In this document: in pieces, positions 40,081 through 51,757 of the stretch | Position numbering within the stretch: the first letter of the stretch is position 1 | Layout of the letters: the number at the start of each line of letters is the position of its first letter | Source: Candidatus Thorarchaeota archaeon | GTDB lineage: Archaea > Asgardarchaeota > Thorarchaeia > Thorarchaeales > Thorarchaeaceae | Assembly: GCA_029855935.1 (NCBI GenBank) | Contig: JAGSHN010000025.1 | Location: 64,001-128,000 of the forward strand | Reading direction: 5' to 3' | DNA: 64,000 nt | The notes under the pieces: generated by a model | The model's input: the letters and a program-made list of their open reading frames with translations, nothing else | Database searches by the model: none | Told to the model about the DNA's origin: nothing | Translations under genes and position numbers: made by a program

Positions 40081-41418
40081 TTGACCGAGACATTTGGCGA
40101 CAAGGAGAGAAGCAGCAAGTTCGCCCGGCGACTCGGCCTGATTGGTGCAACAAACATCGGCCTAGGGGCGATGCTGGGAGGCGGCATCTATGTCATCTCG
40201 GGGGTGGCCGCGGGTATGGTCGGGCCTGCAATCATCGTGGCATACCTCCTGACTGGATTCCTGACCGTCTTCACAGCAATCAACTATGCAGAGCTTGCCT
40301 GTTCAATCCCGAAGCAGGGCGGAGGCTACACCTTCGCTCACGACACGTTCGGTGGCTTTCCTGCATTTCTGACAGGCTGGTTCTTGCTCATCGGGAATCT
40401 TGTGGCATGCGGGTTGTACGCTCTTGCAGTGGCACACACACTTGCGGTATTCATCCCAGGGGCCACTCAGGCGACAGTCGGACAGGTCGCGGTCGTGATA
40501 GTATTCGTCACATTCGTCATCAACATCATCAGTATTCGGGGAGTCAGTGGTGTCCTAGGACTGCTCAATGTGTTTCAGTCTCTGGTCCTGTTCTCATTCA
40601 TCTTTATTGGCCTGTTCTTTGTCCAGCCCACCAATCTCGACCCGTTCGTCAAGCCGGGCATTGGTCCGGTGGAGTTCATGGGCGCCGTGTCATTCATCTA
40701 CATATCCTTTGTCGGATTTGAGCTCATCACCACGGCCAGTGAGGAGATCAAGGAGCCTGCGAAGAACATACCCCGGGCCATCATGCTCACTCTACTCATC
40801 GCAACTGCTGTGTATATGGCCGCTGCACTTGTCATTGTCGGAGTCGTTCACTACAGTCACGTCGCAAACTCATACACGCCCATCGCAGACGTCTACGGCG
40901 TGATGTTTGGGCCAGCCGGCTACTACTTCGCTCTCGCTGGAATGGCAGCCTCGAACTATGCTGCCCTCAGTGCCACATTCCTCGCGACCGCACGAGTCGC
41001 CTATTCAATGGGGCGTGACAGATACTTGCCCACCTTTCTGGAGAGCGTCAGCCCGCGCTTCAAGACCCCGATTCCCGCACTCATTGTGACGTTCATCATA
41101 ATCAGCACATTCGCCATCACGGGCAATGTCAATATGGTCGCCTCATTGTCCGACTTTGGGTACCTCATCGGACTGTCAATAGTGAACGCATCCGTCATCG
41201 TTCTCAGGGAGAAGGGGCTCAGTGTACCAGGCACATTCAAGTCGCGATTCTACCCGGCCATGCCTGTTCTTGGCGTGATCACCTGTCTTTTGCTCGTCCC
41301 CACATTGCACCAGAGTACGCTCGTCCTCGGCGGAATAATGACCGTGGTCGGCCTGTTCATCTACGCGGTCTACTCACGGAGAAGAACAAGACTCAGGCTG
41401 GTGAACCGATGGGACTAG
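40081..41418 (+). CDS. APC-family amino acid permease
   Basis: GAMLGGGIY, YAELA..P..GGGY, FVGFE...EEIKEP..NIPRAI. Confidence 0.92.
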   Translation: MTETFGDKERSSKFARRLGLIGATNIGLGAMLGGGIYVISGVAAGMVGPAIIVAYLLTGFLTVFTAINYAELACSIPKQGGGYTFAHDTFGGFPAFLTGWFLLIGNLVACGLYALAVAHTLAVFIPGATQATVGQVAVVIVFVTFVINIISIRGVSGVLGLLNVFQSLVLFSFIFIGLFFVQPTNLDPFVKPGIGPVEFMGAVSFIYISFVGFELITTASEEIKEPAKNIPRAIMLTLLIATAVYMAAALVIVGVVHYSHVANSYTPIADVYGVMFGPAGYYFALAGMAASNYAALSATFLATARVAYSMGRDRYLPTFLESVSPRFKTPIPALIVTFIIISTFAITGNVNMVASLSDFGYLIGLSIVNASVIVLREKGLSVPGTFKSRFYPAMPVLGVITCLLLVPTLHQSTLVLGGIMTVVGLFIYAVYSRRRTRLRLVNRWD

Positions 41419-41433
41419 ATCCTCGCAACCACG

Positions 41434-41664
41434 CTACACCGCAATGAACGACTCGAAATCTGCAATGCCGGGATGCTTGGCGAGGACATACTGTACGAAG
41501 TCGTGATAGGCCTCGAGGGTAGGCACCTCCACCATCAGTACAACGTCATACTGGCCAGCATAGACCACGTGAACGAACTGTACGCCCTCTACGTCTCTCA
41601 ACGTGTCACACACATTGCCGGCCTGTCCGGCCGCAGTCTTGACGCCGACAAAGACAAGGGGCAC
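41434..41664 (-). CDS. Stand-alone Lrp/AsnC ligand-binding (RAM) domain
   Basis: VEGV..VHVVYAGQYDVVL. Confidence 0.8.
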   Translation of the reverse strand: MPLVFVGVKTAAGQAGNVCDTLRDVEGVQFVHVVYAGQYDVVLMVEVPTLEAYHDFVQYVLAKHPGIADFESFIAV

Positions 41665-41703
41665 TGCTCAACTACCTCACATGGGAGGCATGTCTTCCCC
41701 CTC

Positions 41704-43554
41704 TTAAGTCTGAGTGCCACAGGCGTCCTCCTTGGGCACCAGTCCCTCTTGGATAAGCCACTCCCGCAGGGCACGCGCGGCCGCGGGTGTCATACCAGGC
41801 GTGTCGGCAAGGTCCTCGACAGAGGCCGTGCAGACAGCGTCCAAGCTGCCGAACTTGCGAAGAAGAGCAGCGCGTCGTTTCGGACCTATACCGGGAGCGT
41901 CCTCCAGAATCGAGCCTGTGAGGACTCGCTGACGGAGAGTGTGATAGTAGCGCTGAGCGAATCGGTGTGCCTCATCACGGACCCTCTGAATCAGTCTCAG
42001 GGCGGGTGATTCTGCCGGGAGGACTATCCCACCAGGCTGGTCCCGCGTGAACAGAATCTCCTCTCTCTTGGCAATGGACACGACAGGAAGGTAGTCTAGT
42101 CCTACGGAGGTAAGTGCCGAGAGAGCAGAGGAGAGCTGACCCTTGCCGCCATCAATCACAATGAGGTCTGGTAACGCCTCTCCAGCCTCAAGTACACTGC
42201 GATATCGTCTCCTGACGACCTCCCTCATCATCGCATAGTCGTCGGGTGTTTCCTTGGACCGAATCCTGAACATCCTGTATGACGTCTTGTCTGGAGCACC
42301 GTTGCGGAATACGACACACGAGCCAGCGGGAGTCGTCCCCTGAATGTTTGCTATGTCAAAGCCCTCTATGTGAAGTGGCGCCCTGTTCAGGCCCAGAACC
42401 TCGCGCAACTGCTTGACCCCCTCGTCCACGACCGGAGCCTTGCTGTCACCGAGAATGAGGATCTTATGAAGAGCCTGTACAGCGTTTGTGTTCGCCATCT
42501 CAATCAGGTCGAGGTCAGGACCAGTGTCAGGAGTCAGAAGGCGCATCCCGTGTGAACGTCCGTCTGAGAAGAGGTTCTCTAGCAGCTCGCGCTCCTCAAT
42601 GTCGATTGGGAGTAGTACCTCCTCAGGAAGCCGTGGTAGAGAGGAATAGTACTGTTTCACGAACGTTGTCAACAGCTCAGAATCGGTCACATCAAGGCCG
42701 ACATCGAACAGAAAGCTGTCCGTGCCTATCAAGCGGCCTCCACGGATAGTGAGGAGCTCTATCAGTGCCGCCTCCTCGGTGCGGGCAATGCCCACAATGT
42801 CCCGGTCGCGTCCCTCGATGTCGAAGACGCGTTGATGCCTAAGCAGTCGGACAATGTCGTCGATCCTGTCACGGAGCACTGCAGCCCTCTCGAACTCCAG
42901 ACGCGATGCAGCCTCCTCCATCTCTCCACGCAGTATCGAGAGAAGCTGTTCCTCTCGCCCCTCCAGAAAGAGAATCATCTCGTCGACCAGCCGGCGGTAC
43001 TCGTCCACACTAATGTGGCCGCGGCAGGGTCCGGCGCAGCGGCCGATGTGGAAGTCGATACACTCCCGTTGCTGAGAGGCCGGGTCACGACACATTGCAA
43101 CAGGGATGTAGCGGCGGAGGGTGTCGAGTGTCTTCTCCAATCGACGAATCGAGCCATATGGACCAAAGAACAGAGCGCCATCCGCGCCCTCAGTCTCGCG
43201 GGTAGCCACAAACGACGGTATGGGCGCCTTCGTGTCCACGCGGACCCAGACGTGACGCCTGTCGTCCTTCAGGGCGATGTTGTACTTGGGCTGATGCCTC
43301 TTGATGAGCGTGGCCTCCAGAATTAGCGCCTCTCGCTCGGTCGACGTGACTATCGTCTCCAGATCACGTGCCTCTGCCATCAGCTCCTGCATCCTTGCGT
43401 CCAGCCCGCGAGTCCGGAGGTACGAGGACACCCTCTTGCGCAGTGACTTGGCCTTCCCGACGTAGAGGACCTTGCCAGTTTCGCTCTTCCAGAGGTAGAC
43501 ACCAGGACGATCAGGAAGGTCCCTTACAAGGCGAGTGATGTCAGAGCCTGTCAC
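41704..43554 (-). CDS. uvrC: Excinuclease ABC subunit C
   Basis: GIY-YIG (PGVYLW..YVGKAKSLRKRV), UVR domain, EGFDIAN, DGGKGQ, RDEAHRFA, HhH. Confidence 0.97.
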   Translation of the reverse strand: MTGSDITRLVRDLPDRPGVYLWKSETGKVLYVGKAKSLRKRVSSYLRTRGLDARMQELMAEARDLETIVTSTEREALILEATLIKRHQPKYNIALKDDRRHVWVRVDTKAPIPSFVATRETEGADGALFFGPYGSIRRLEKTLDTLRRYIPVAMCRDPASQQRECIDFHIGRCAGPCRGHISVDEYRRLVDEMILFLEGREEQLLSILRGEMEEAASRLEFERAAVLRDRIDDIVRLLRHQRVFDIEGRDRDIVGIARTEEAALIELLTIRGGRLIGTDSFLFDVGLDVTDSELLTTFVKQYYSSLPRLPEEVLLPIDIEERELLENLFSDGRSHGMRLLTPDTGPDLDLIEMANTNAVQALHKILILGDSKAPVVDEGVKQLREVLGLNRAPLHIEGFDIANIQGTTPAGSCVVFRNGAPDKTSYRMFRIRSKETPDDYAMMREVVRRRYRSVLEAGEALPDLIVIDGGKGQLSSALSALTSVGLDYLPVVSIAKREEILFTRDQPGGIVLPAESPALRLIQRVRDEAHRFAQRYYHTLRQRVLTGSILEDAPGIGPKRRAALLRKFGSLDAVCTASVEDLADTPGMTPAAARALREWLIQEGLVPKEDACGTQT

Positions 43555-46421
43555 GTTGAGATCACCTCCCCCTCTGACCGAGCCCGAGGACTGTTCTCAA
43601 GTGCCTCTCGGAGAAAACGGCCAGTATGTGATCGACTCATTCGGGCAATGTCCTCGGGGGTGCCAATCGCCACGACCTCACCGCCCTCCTCGCCGCCCTC
43701 GGGGCCAAGGTCGATCACCCAGTCAGCAGTCTTGATGACCTCGATGTTGTGCTCGATGACGACCACGGTGTTGCCCCTTTCCACAAGGCGATTCAGGACC
43801 TTGAGCAGGACGTGAACATCCGAGGCCGACAGGCCCGTGGTCGGCTCGTCGAGGATGTAGAGCGTACGACCTTGCCCTCCGCGAGAGAGCTCGGCGGCGA
43901 GCTTCACGCGTTGAGCCTCACCTCCGGAGAGCGTTGTTGCAGGCTGGCCAAGCGTCAGATATCCAAGGCCCACATCAACGAGGGTTTGGAGCCTCCGTGC
44001 CACAGATGGTATGTCGCGGAAGAAGGCCAGTGCCTCGTCGATTGTCATGTCGAGGACCTCGGTGATGTTCTTGCCCTTGTAGGTCACCTCAAGGGTCTCC
44101 CTGTCGAACCGGCGGCCCTTGCACACGTCACAGGTGATGTGAACATCACTCATGAAGTGCATCTCGATGGTGAGAACACCACTGCCCTTGCACTTCTCGC
44201 ATCTCCCCTCACGGGTATTGAAACTGAACCGACCAGGGCCGAAGCCACGGACGCGGGCCTCTGGCGTCGCTGCAAAGAGCCTACGAATGTCATCGAAGAC
44301 CTTAGTATACGTGGCAGGATTCGACCGTGGAGTTCTACCTATGGGCGACTGATCCACCATCACAACGCGGTCTATGCGCTCCCAGCCTTCAATCGAGTCG
44401 TGGGCGCCCGGAATCACCGCCGCACGGTTGACAAGGCGCGCGAGAGCCTTGTAGAGAGTCTCATAGACAAGGGTGCTCTTTCCGCTGCCTGAAACACCCG
44501 TCACACATACAAGGAGACCGATCGGTATCTCCACAGTGATGTTCTTGAGATTGAACTGTCTTGCACCGCGCAGGACTATCTTCTCGCCATTGCCGCTCCT
44601 GCGCACGGTGGGAATGGGGATTCGACGCTCCCCTGCCAGATACTGGGCAGTGAGCGAACGTGGATGGGAGAGCACCTCCGATGGCGGCCCCTGAGCCACA
44701 ATCTCGCCACCGTGGATCCCCGCGCCAGGCCCGAGGTCGATGATATGGTCGGCCGCCATCACGGTGTCCCTGTCATGCTCTATGACAATCACCGTGTTGC
44801 CCAGCTCACGTAGTCGATAGAATGTTTCAATGAGGCGCCGGATGTCACGCGGATGAAGACCGACAGAGGGCTCATCGAGGCAATACAGGACCCCGGTCAG
44901 TGCAGAGCCAATCTGCGTGGCCAGACGTATTCTCTGGCTCTCGCCACCTGAGAGTGTCATCGACCTCCTGTCGAGAGTCAGATATCCGAGGCCAACGGAC
45001 TCGATGAATCTCAGTCGAGCGAGTATCTCCTTCAGAACGAGATGCGCTATCTTTCTCTCCCGGTCAGTGAGCTTGAGGCTCTCGAAGTGACGGAGCGCCT
45101 CTCGGATGGTCATCGAGGAGACCTCATCAATCGACTTGCCGCCCACGGTCACAGCCAGGCTCTCAAGACGAAGCTTTCGGCCACCGCAGGTGGGGCACGT
45201 CGTCGCGCTGGCGAACTTGCTCACTATCTTCTCGCGGTACCATTCAGCACTCGTGTCGCGCATATGACGACGGAGCCTTGGGACCATCCCCTCCCAAGTC
45301 CGCGTAACACGAACGGTCTCCCTACCACCTCTTCGTCCCACTGACTCGTACTCGAAGCTCACAGTGTAGCGGGGTCGGCCCCAGAGAATGACGTCCTTCG
45401 CCCTCTGAGGTAGGTCACGCCACGGCACATCCAGCGAGAAGCCAGCCTCTCTGCTCAGCGCCTCAAGGAAGCGCATAGGCCACGACTTGGGATTGCTGCT
45501 CCACGGTCGGAGAGCCCCCTCCCGGAGCGTCAGCGACTCGTCGGGAACTATCAGACGCGGGTCAATGTCGAACCTGACGCCCAAGCCATTGCAGTCCGGA
45601 CACGCGCCCTGTGGAGTGTTGTATGAGAACGCCTTGGGACCAAGATGTTCGTACTGAGCCCCACATCTAGGACAGATCATCTCCTCGCCGAAGACGAGGT
45701 CATCGTGTCCAGGCCGCACGACTATCGCGCGTCCGTTACCAGTCTCGAGCGCAGTCTCAAGAGATGATATGAGCCGCTCCCAGTTCCTCTCGCTGATCTC
45801 CAGACGGTCGACGACCACATCGATGTCATGGCGTCGCCGACCATCAAGTCGGATGCTCTCGATTGGAGTGACCTCTCCATCGACCCTGACACGGACGAAA
45901 CCATTCTCCAGCAGCCCCTGCAGCACCTCCGAGTGCGTACCCCTCTCGCCCCTGACAACGGGCGCAAGGACAAGGGCCCTCTCGCCGCCATTCTCCTTGA
46001 TCAGGAGCCGTGCTGCCGACTCAGGAGTGAGCTGCTGCATCTCCGTCCCGCACTTGACACAGTGAGGGATACCTATCGTGGCATAGAGGAGGCGAAGATA
46101 GTCGTGAATCTCAGTGCTGGTGGCGACTGTACTTCGAGGATTCTTGCTCCGTCCCTTCTGCTCGATGGATATCGCCGGTGGTATGCCCGTTATCTTCTCG
46201 ACACGAGGACGCTCCAGTCGGCCGAGAAAACGTCGGGCGTATGATGAGAGCGACTCGACGTACCTCCGTTGTCCCTCCGCGAAGATCGTGTCAAAGACAA
46301 GGGTGGACTTGCCCGAGCCAGAGGGACCCGTCACAACAACGAGTCTGTTGCGTGGAATGTCAAGCGTAACGGACTTGAGGTTGTGTTCTGATGCTCCCTC
46401 AATATGAATGACTCCGGTCAC
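43551..46421 (-). CDS. uvrA: Excinuclease ABC subunit A (second paralog)
   Basis: Two Walker A (GSGKS), LSGGE twice, DEP twice, Zn fingers, [13 protein letters not shown]. Confidence 0.95.
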   Translation of the reverse strand: MTGVIHIEGASEHNLKSVTLDIPRNRLVVVTGPSGSGKSTLVFDTIFAEGQRRYVESLSSYARRFLGRLERPRVEKITGIPPAISIEQKGRSKNPRSTVATSTEIHDYLRLLYATIGIPHCVKCGTEMQQLTPESAARLLIKENGGERALVLAPVVRGERGTHSEVLQGLLENGFVRVRVDGEVTPIESIRLDGRRRHDIDVVVDRLEISERNWERLISSLETALETGNGRAIVVRPGHDDLVFGEEMICPRCGAQYEHLGPKAFSYNTPQGACPDCNGLGVRFDIDPRLIVPDESLTLREGALRPWSSNPKSWPMRFLEALSREAGFSLDVPWRDLPQRAKDVILWGRPRYTVSFEYESVGRRGGRETVRVTRTWEGMVPRLRRHMRDTSAEWYREKIVSKFASATTCPTCGGRKLRLESLAVTVGGKSIDEVSSMTIREALRHFESLKLTDRERKIAHLVLKEILARLRFIESVGLGYLTLDRRSMTLSGGESQRIRLATQIGSALTGVLYCLDEPSVGLHPRDIRRLIETFYRLRELGNTVIVIEHDRDTVMAADHIIDLGPGAGIHGGEIVAQGPPSEVLSHPRSLTAQYLAGERRIPIPTVRRSGNGEKIVLRGARQFNLKNITVEIPIGLLVCVTGVSGSGKSTLVYETLYKALARLVNRAAVIPGAHDSIEGWERIDRVVMVDQSPIGRTPRSNPATYTKVFDDIRRLFAATPEARVRGFGPGRFSFNTREGRCEKCKGSGVLTIEMHFMSDVHITCDVCKGRRFDRETLEVTYKGKNITEVLDMTIDEALAFFRDIPSVARRLQTLVDVGLGYLTLGQPATTLSGGEAQRVKLAAELSRGGQGRTLYILDEPTTGLSASDVHVLLKVLNRLVERGNTVVVIEHNIEVIKTADWVIDLGPEGGEEGGEVVAIGTPEDIARMSRSHTGRFLREALENSPRARSEGEVIST

Positions 46422-49348
46422 TCCTCCATCCCCCCTCTCTGACCGTCAATCTCCAAGACTCGCCTGAGAAACTGCCCCGTGTATGAGGCCGGGTTGTTCG
46501 CCACCTCCTCGGGAGTCCCCTCTGTAACGAGATACCCGCCCTCGTCACCGCCCTCTGGGCCCAGGTCGATTATCCAGTCGGCTGTCTTGATGACATCGAG
46601 ATTGTGCTCGATGACAAGGACCGTGTTTCCAAGGTCGACCAGACGATGGAGGACCTCGAGCAGTTTCTTCACGTCGGCGAAGTGAAGACCCGTTGTGGGC
46701 TCGTCGAGCAGAATTAGAGTCTGACCAGTGACAGGACGTGACAGGAATTTGCTGAGCTTGATTCTCTGTGCCTCGCCGCCGGACAGTGTCGTTGCCGGCT
46801 GGCCGAGCTTGACATAGCCCATTCCGACATCGACAAGTGTCTGAAGCCGCCGTCGAATTGGAGGGATGTCCTTGAAGAACTCGAGGGCCTCATCAATGCG
46901 CATCTCAAGGACGTCGGCGATGTTCTTTCCCTTATACCGCACTTGGAGCGTCTCACGATTATACCTCCGTCCCTTGCACTCCCCACAGGTCACCTGTACG
47001 GGTGGGAGAAACTGCATCTCTACAATCTCGACACCAGCACCCCGGCACTTCTCGCAGCGCCCGCCGCGCACATTGAAGCTGAATCGTCCCGGCTTGTAGC
47101 CTCTGATCTGCGCCTCCGGAAGGCTGGCGAAGAGCTGTCGGAGGGGTGTCCACAGGCCCACGTAGGTGGCTGGATTGGAACGAGGGGTGCGGCCGATGGG
47201 ACTCTGATCGATGACGATCACCTTGTCAAGCTGTTCCACGCCTATGATCTCATCGTGATCTCCTGGCGGGGACTCCGCACCGTGAAACCGCCTCGCCAGG
47301 GCCCTCTGCAGCGTCTCCACTATCAGACTGGACTTTCCGCTCCCTGAGACACCAGTGACACAGACGAAGAGGCCGAGTGGGATACGCACGTCGATGTTCT
47401 TGAGATTGTGATGTCGCGCACCTCGAATCTCTATGAAACGACCGTTCGGCTGCCGTCGTCTTCGTGGCACAGGAATCCGTTCCTCGCCCCGCAGGTAGCG
47501 GGCGGTGATGGAGTCGGGGCACTTCAGCACCTCGTCCAAGGTACCGGCAACCACCACCTTACCACCTTCTGCTCCCGCACCCGGCCCGAGGTCGACGACA
47601 TAGTCCGCTGAGCGGATTGTCGCCTCGTCGTGTTCCACGACAATGACTGTGTTGCCCAGATCGCGAAGACGCTTGAGAGCATTCAGCAGTCGCTGGTTAT
47701 CTCTTGCGTGCAGTCCAATGGAGGGCTCATCGCAGACATAGGTCACACCGACAAGGTTCGAGCCAATCTGGCTCGCCAGCCTGATCCTCTGAGCCTCACC
47801 CCCTGCGAGTGTGGGGGCAGACCTGTCCAAGGTGAGATAGTCGAGACCGACTGCACGGAGGAATTCGATGCGTCCCATTATCTCCCGAAGAATTGGCTCG
47901 GCCACTGGCTCCAGCCCGGCAGGTATCGTCGCAGAGCTGAGAAACTCATGGAGCTCGCGGACTGACATCCGGTTCAGCTCCACTATGGACTTGCCATTGA
48001 ACAGTACGGCCCGGGACTCTGGTCGAAGACGCGTACCGCCACACTCCGGACACGGATGCATCACCATGAAGCGCTCCAGCTTCCGCTTGACATACTCGGA
48101 GTCCGTCCGACGATAGTTGCGTCGCATCTTCGGGATGACGCCCTCCCATCGTCGTCGGGTGGTGCCCTCGACCACCATTGTGGCGGCACTGTTTCCCCAC
48201 CTCCAGTCAAGCTCGAACTCGTCGTCCGAACCGTACAGTACCACGCGCCGCTGTTCCTCTGTCAGATCACGCCAAGGTGTATGAAGAGAGAAACCGTGTC
48301 TCTCAGCCACCTTTCTGAGCAGAGGACTCCGACGGAGCCACCTGTACACCCCTATGGCGCCCTCGGAGATTGAGAGATTCGGGTTCACTACCACAAGCTC
48401 CGGATCAAAGTCAGGAATCGTCCCCAGTCCCGTGCATGTAGGGCAGGCACCGTGAGGTGTGTTCCACGAGAACAGCCTTGGCTCCAACTCTGGAAGACTG
48501 ATTCCACAGGTCGCACAGGCAAACTTCTCCGACAGTATCTGTTCTCCTCGCTCTGAGATTATCACGACAACACCGTCAGCCATCTTGAGGCTGGTCTCCA
48601 CAGCCTCGGACAGACGAGAACGATTGTTGGATGAGACACGGACCCTATCAACGACGACCTCAATTGTGTGCTCGTAGTATCGGTCGAGTGACATCCCCGG
48701 CTCAATCTCTCTCATCTCACCGTCGACGCGGACCCGGCTGAACCCCTTCCTCAGCAGCTCCTCGAACTCCCGTCGATACTCACCCTTCCTCCCGCGGACA
48801 ATCGGAGCAAGTATGCTAATGCGCTGACCATCCAGCGTCCTCAGAATGTGATCCACAATCTGCTGAGCAGTCTGGGGATGTATCTCCCTCCCGCACTTGG
48901 GGCAGTGAGGTGTTCCCACACGAGCATAGAGCAGCCTCAGAAAGTCGTAGATCTCGGTGATAGTGCCTACAGTACTGCGAGGATTGCGCCCTGCGCTCTT
49001 CTGGTCAATTGATATCGAGGGCGACAGGCCTGATATGTATTCGACTCGTGGCTTCTCCAACATACCCAAGAACTGTCTGGCATACGCTGAGAGCGACTCG
49101 AGGAACCTTCGCTGTCCCTCTGCATAGATTGTGTCGAAGACGAGGCTCGACTTGCCCGATCCTGACACCCCAGTCACGACGGTGAGCTTGTTGCGAGGTA
49201 TATCGATATCTATCTGTTTCAGCTTGTGTTCGTAGGCGCCAACCACCGAGATGACGCGTGGGCCTTCCTCGGTCTTGTCGCGGCCCGGCTCTGTCACAAT
49301 GTCCGAAACAGGCTCCGTCAAATCAGTACTTCCTCGAGTTTCGCCCAT
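46418..49348 (-). CDS. uvrA: Excinuclease ABC subunit A (first paralog)
   Basis: Same complete architecture; start placed at the ATG after a GGTGAGG SD. Confidence 0.95.
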   Translation of the reverse strand: MGETRGSTDLTEPVSDIVTEPGRDKTEEGPRVISVVGAYEHKLKQIDIDIPRNKLTVVTGVSGSGKSSLVFDTIYAEGQRRFLESLSAYARQFLGMLEKPRVEYISGLSPSISIDQKSAGRNPRSTVGTITEIYDFLRLLYARVGTPHCPKCGREIHPQTAQQIVDHILRTLDGQRISILAPIVRGRKGEYRREFEELLRKGFSRVRVDGEMREIEPGMSLDRYYEHTIEVVVDRVRVSSNNRSRLSEAVETSLKMADGVVVIISERGEQILSEKFACATCGISLPELEPRLFSWNTPHGACPTCTGLGTIPDFDPELVVVNPNLSISEGAIGVYRWLRRSPLLRKVAERHGFSLHTPWRDLTEEQRRVVLYGSDDEFELDWRWGNSAATMVVEGTTRRRWEGVIPKMRRNYRRTDSEYVKRKLERFMVMHPCPECGGTRLRPESRAVLFNGKSIVELNRMSVRELHEFLSSATIPAGLEPVAEPILREIMGRIEFLRAVGLDYLTLDRSAPTLAGGEAQRIRLASQIGSNLVGVTYVCDEPSIGLHARDNQRLLNALKRLRDLGNTVIVVEHDEATIRSADYVVDLGPGAGAEGGKVVVAGTLDEVLKCPDSITARYLRGEERIPVPRRRRQPNGRFIEIRGARHHNLKNIDVRIPLGLFVCVTGVSGSGKSSLIVETLQRALARRFHGAESPPGDHDEIIGVEQLDKVIVIDQSPIGRTPRSNPATYVGLWTPLRQLFASLPEAQIRGYKPGRFSFNVRGGRCEKCRGAGVEIVEMQFLPPVQVTCGECKGRRYNRETLQVRYKGKNIADVLEMRIDEALEFFKDIPPIRRRLQTLVDVGMGYVKLGQPATTLSGGEAQRIKLSKFLSRPVTGQTLILLDEPTTGLHFADVKKLLEVLHRLVDLGNTVLVIEHNLDVIKTADWIIDLGPEGGDEGGYLVTEGTPEEVANNPASYTGQFLRRVLEIDGQRGGMEE

Positions 49349-49523
49349 CAACCTCACCGGGAGTGTCCTGTTGCCTCTGGTCGAGCCCATCCCGGTGAAT
49401 CTTGTCTGACTCCTTCGGTGCAGAACGGAGCTGCCTCCATCAGGTTATGAAGTCTTCGCAATGAGCAGACGGAACCACCTGAGATTCTACGGAGATAGTT
49501 CACCGAAACGTGCAGAATGACTC

Positions 49524-51506
49524 TCAGGAGGGCTGTGGCATTCTCTTGCGGAGCTCTGCTATCCGGTCCCTGAGTTCTGCAGCACGCTCGAACTCTAGGC
49601 GCTGAGCCGCCTCCTTCATCTCTGCCTCAAGGTCGACAATCAGTCCCTCAAGGTCGGCAAGCTCATCAAGGTCTGCAGCCTCGGTACGGGTCCCCTTCTT
49701 ACCGCGGCGTGCAATCCCCTGAGCAATGTCTCGAATAGACTTCGAGATGGACTGTGGTGTTATCCCGTGGCGCTTGTTGAACTCAATCTGGTACTTGCGT
49801 CGCCGGTTCACCTCGTCAATGGCGGATCTCATCGCCTCAGAGATGTGGTCAGCGTACAATATCACGCGACCGTTGACGTTGCGCGCCGCGCGGCCCATCG
49901 TCTGAATCAGTGCCCAGTCTGTCCTCAGAAAGCCCTCCTTGTCAGCATCAAGGATTGCCACAAGGCCAACCTCGGGGATGTCAAGACCCTCTCGGAGGAG
50001 ATTGATCCCCACAAGGACATCGAACTTGCCCTGGCGGAGCTCTCTCACAATCTCGATGCGCTCCACAGTGCCGATGTCCGAGTGGAGGTATCTCGCAAGG
50101 ACACCGTTCTCAAGCAGATAGTCTGCGAGCATCTCGGCCGATTTCTTGGTGAGCGTTGTGACAAGCACCCGGTCGCCGCGCTCCTTCGCCCGCCGTATCT
50201 CACCGAGAAGATGGTCGATCTGTCCCTCGGTGGGATGAACAAACACCTCGGGGTCCACGATTCCAGTAGGACGGACGAGCTGCTCCACAGTCTGTGCGCT
50301 CACCCGCCGCTCGTACGGACCCGGTGTTGCACTTGTGAATATCACGTGACGCATATACTCCTCGAACTCGTCAAACGTGAGGGGCCGATTGTCAAATGCG
50401 GAGGGGAGCCTGAAACCAAAGTCGATCAGGTTCTGCTTTCGCGAACGGTCGCCGTGGTGCATACCGCGTATCTGGGGAATGGTCATATGACTCTCATCGA
50501 TTATCATCAGAAAGTCCTCGGGGAAGTAGTCAAGCAATGTGTATGGCCTCTCCCCGGGCCTTCTGCCATCAAAGTAGCGCGAATAGTTCTCAATGCCGGT
50601 GCAGTGGCCTGTCTCACGGAGCATCTCAAGATCGTAGAGCGTCCGTCTCCTGAGACGGTCGGCCTCCAAGAGCTTCCCCTGACTCCGAAACCACTCGACG
50701 CGCTCCTCCATCTCCTGACGAATCTCGTCAAGGACGCCTAGAACCCTCTCGTGACGCGTCACGTGGTGCTTTGCCGGATGGATGACCACCCAGCTGTCGT
50801 CGCGAATCCGATGTGACGCAACGGCATCAATGAGAGAGATGCGGTCGACCCTGTCCTCATCAAGCTCTATTCTGACCTTGTTGCGCGAATACGCAGGATG
50901 AACCTCTATCACATCACCACGAACGCGGAATAGCCCAGGGCCTACCTCTATGTCATTTCGCTCGTACTGCATCGCAACAAGTCGTTCCAGAATCTCACGC
51001 CGCCGTATGGTCTGGCCGACCTCAAGATAGAGGGACATCTCCTCGTAGTCCGCGGGATTGCCGACACTGTATATGCACGAGACCGAGGCCACCACAATGA
51101 CATCGTCACGTGTGCGTAACGAACGCGTAGTGGAGTGGCGAAGACGCTCAATCTCCGTGTTGATGTCAGTCTCCTTCTCTATGTACATGTCCTTGGAGGG
51201 GACATACGCCTCCGGCTGATAGTAGTCATAGTAGGACACATAGTACTCAACGGCGTTCTCCGGAAAGAACTGACGATACTCTGAGGCAAGCTGGGCTGCG
51301 AGAGTCTTGTTGTGAGAGATCACCAGTGTGGGTCGACCGTAGTGGGCTATCACATTGGCCATTGTGAAGGTCTTCCCAGAACCAGTCACGCCGAGCAATG
51401 TCTGAAACCTGAGTCCTGAGTCTAGTCCCTCACACAGCTGGGCTATGGCCTGCGGTTGATCGCCTGTCGGTTCAAATGGTGCCTCAAGTCGGAACTGTGC
51501 CAACAC
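49524..51506 (-). CDS. uvrB: Excinuclease ABC subunit B
   Basis: PTGDQP, GVTGSGKT, YYDYYQPEAY, DESH, GINLLREGLD, C-terminal UVR. Confidence 0.97.
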   Translation of the reverse strand: MLAQFRLEAPFEPTGDQPQAIAQLCEGLDSGLRFQTLLGVTGSGKTFTMANVIAHYGRPTLVISHNKTLAAQLASEYRQFFPENAVEYYVSYYDYYQPEAYVPSKDMYIEKETDINTEIERLRHSTTRSLRTRDDVIVVASVSCIYSVGNPADYEEMSLYLEVGQTIRRREILERLVAMQYERNDIEVGPGLFRVRGDVIEVHPAYSRNKVRIELDEDRVDRISLIDAVASHRIRDDSWVVIHPAKHHVTRHERVLGVLDEIRQEMEERVEWFRSQGKLLEADRLRRRTLYDLEMLRETGHCTGIENYSRYFDGRRPGERPYTLLDYFPEDFLMIIDESHMTIPQIRGMHHGDRSRKQNLIDFGFRLPSAFDNRPLTFDEFEEYMRHVIFTSATPGPYERRVSAQTVEQLVRPTGIVDPEVFVHPTEGQIDHLLGEIRRAKERGDRVLVTTLTKKSAEMLADYLLENGVLARYLHSDIGTVERIEIVRELRQGKFDVLVGINLLREGLDIPEVGLVAILDADKEGFLRTDWALIQTMGRAARNVNGRVILYADHISEAMRSAIDEVNRRRKYQIEFNKRHGITPQSISKSIRDIAQGIARRGKKGTRTEAADLDELADLEGLIVDLEAEMKEAAQRLEFERAAELRDRIAELRKRMPQPS

Positions 51507-51757
51507 TACGAGCCTCTGGCACAGGTCTTGTTGGGAGAGCTCCTAACCTTTTCGATGGCCGCATAGACAGCGGCACACAGAGAGATTTCCTCCATTGGAA
51601 GATACCAATCGACGGGCACGGCAGATATGCCTGATCGACGAAACTCACACTGAGAAGACCATAGTGACTCGAACGATTTTCGGAGATTATGGCTCGCCGA
51701 TTTTTATCTTGCCGAGAGAACAACAGCATCATCCTGTCTAACAGGAGAGGTGTCGTG

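Noticed and set aside
49767-50741. 324-aa ORF, and similar ones at 53518-54489, 55020-55931, 56141-56914 and 43749-44492
   Set aside because: Antisense to uvrB, the LRR gene, metG and uvrA.
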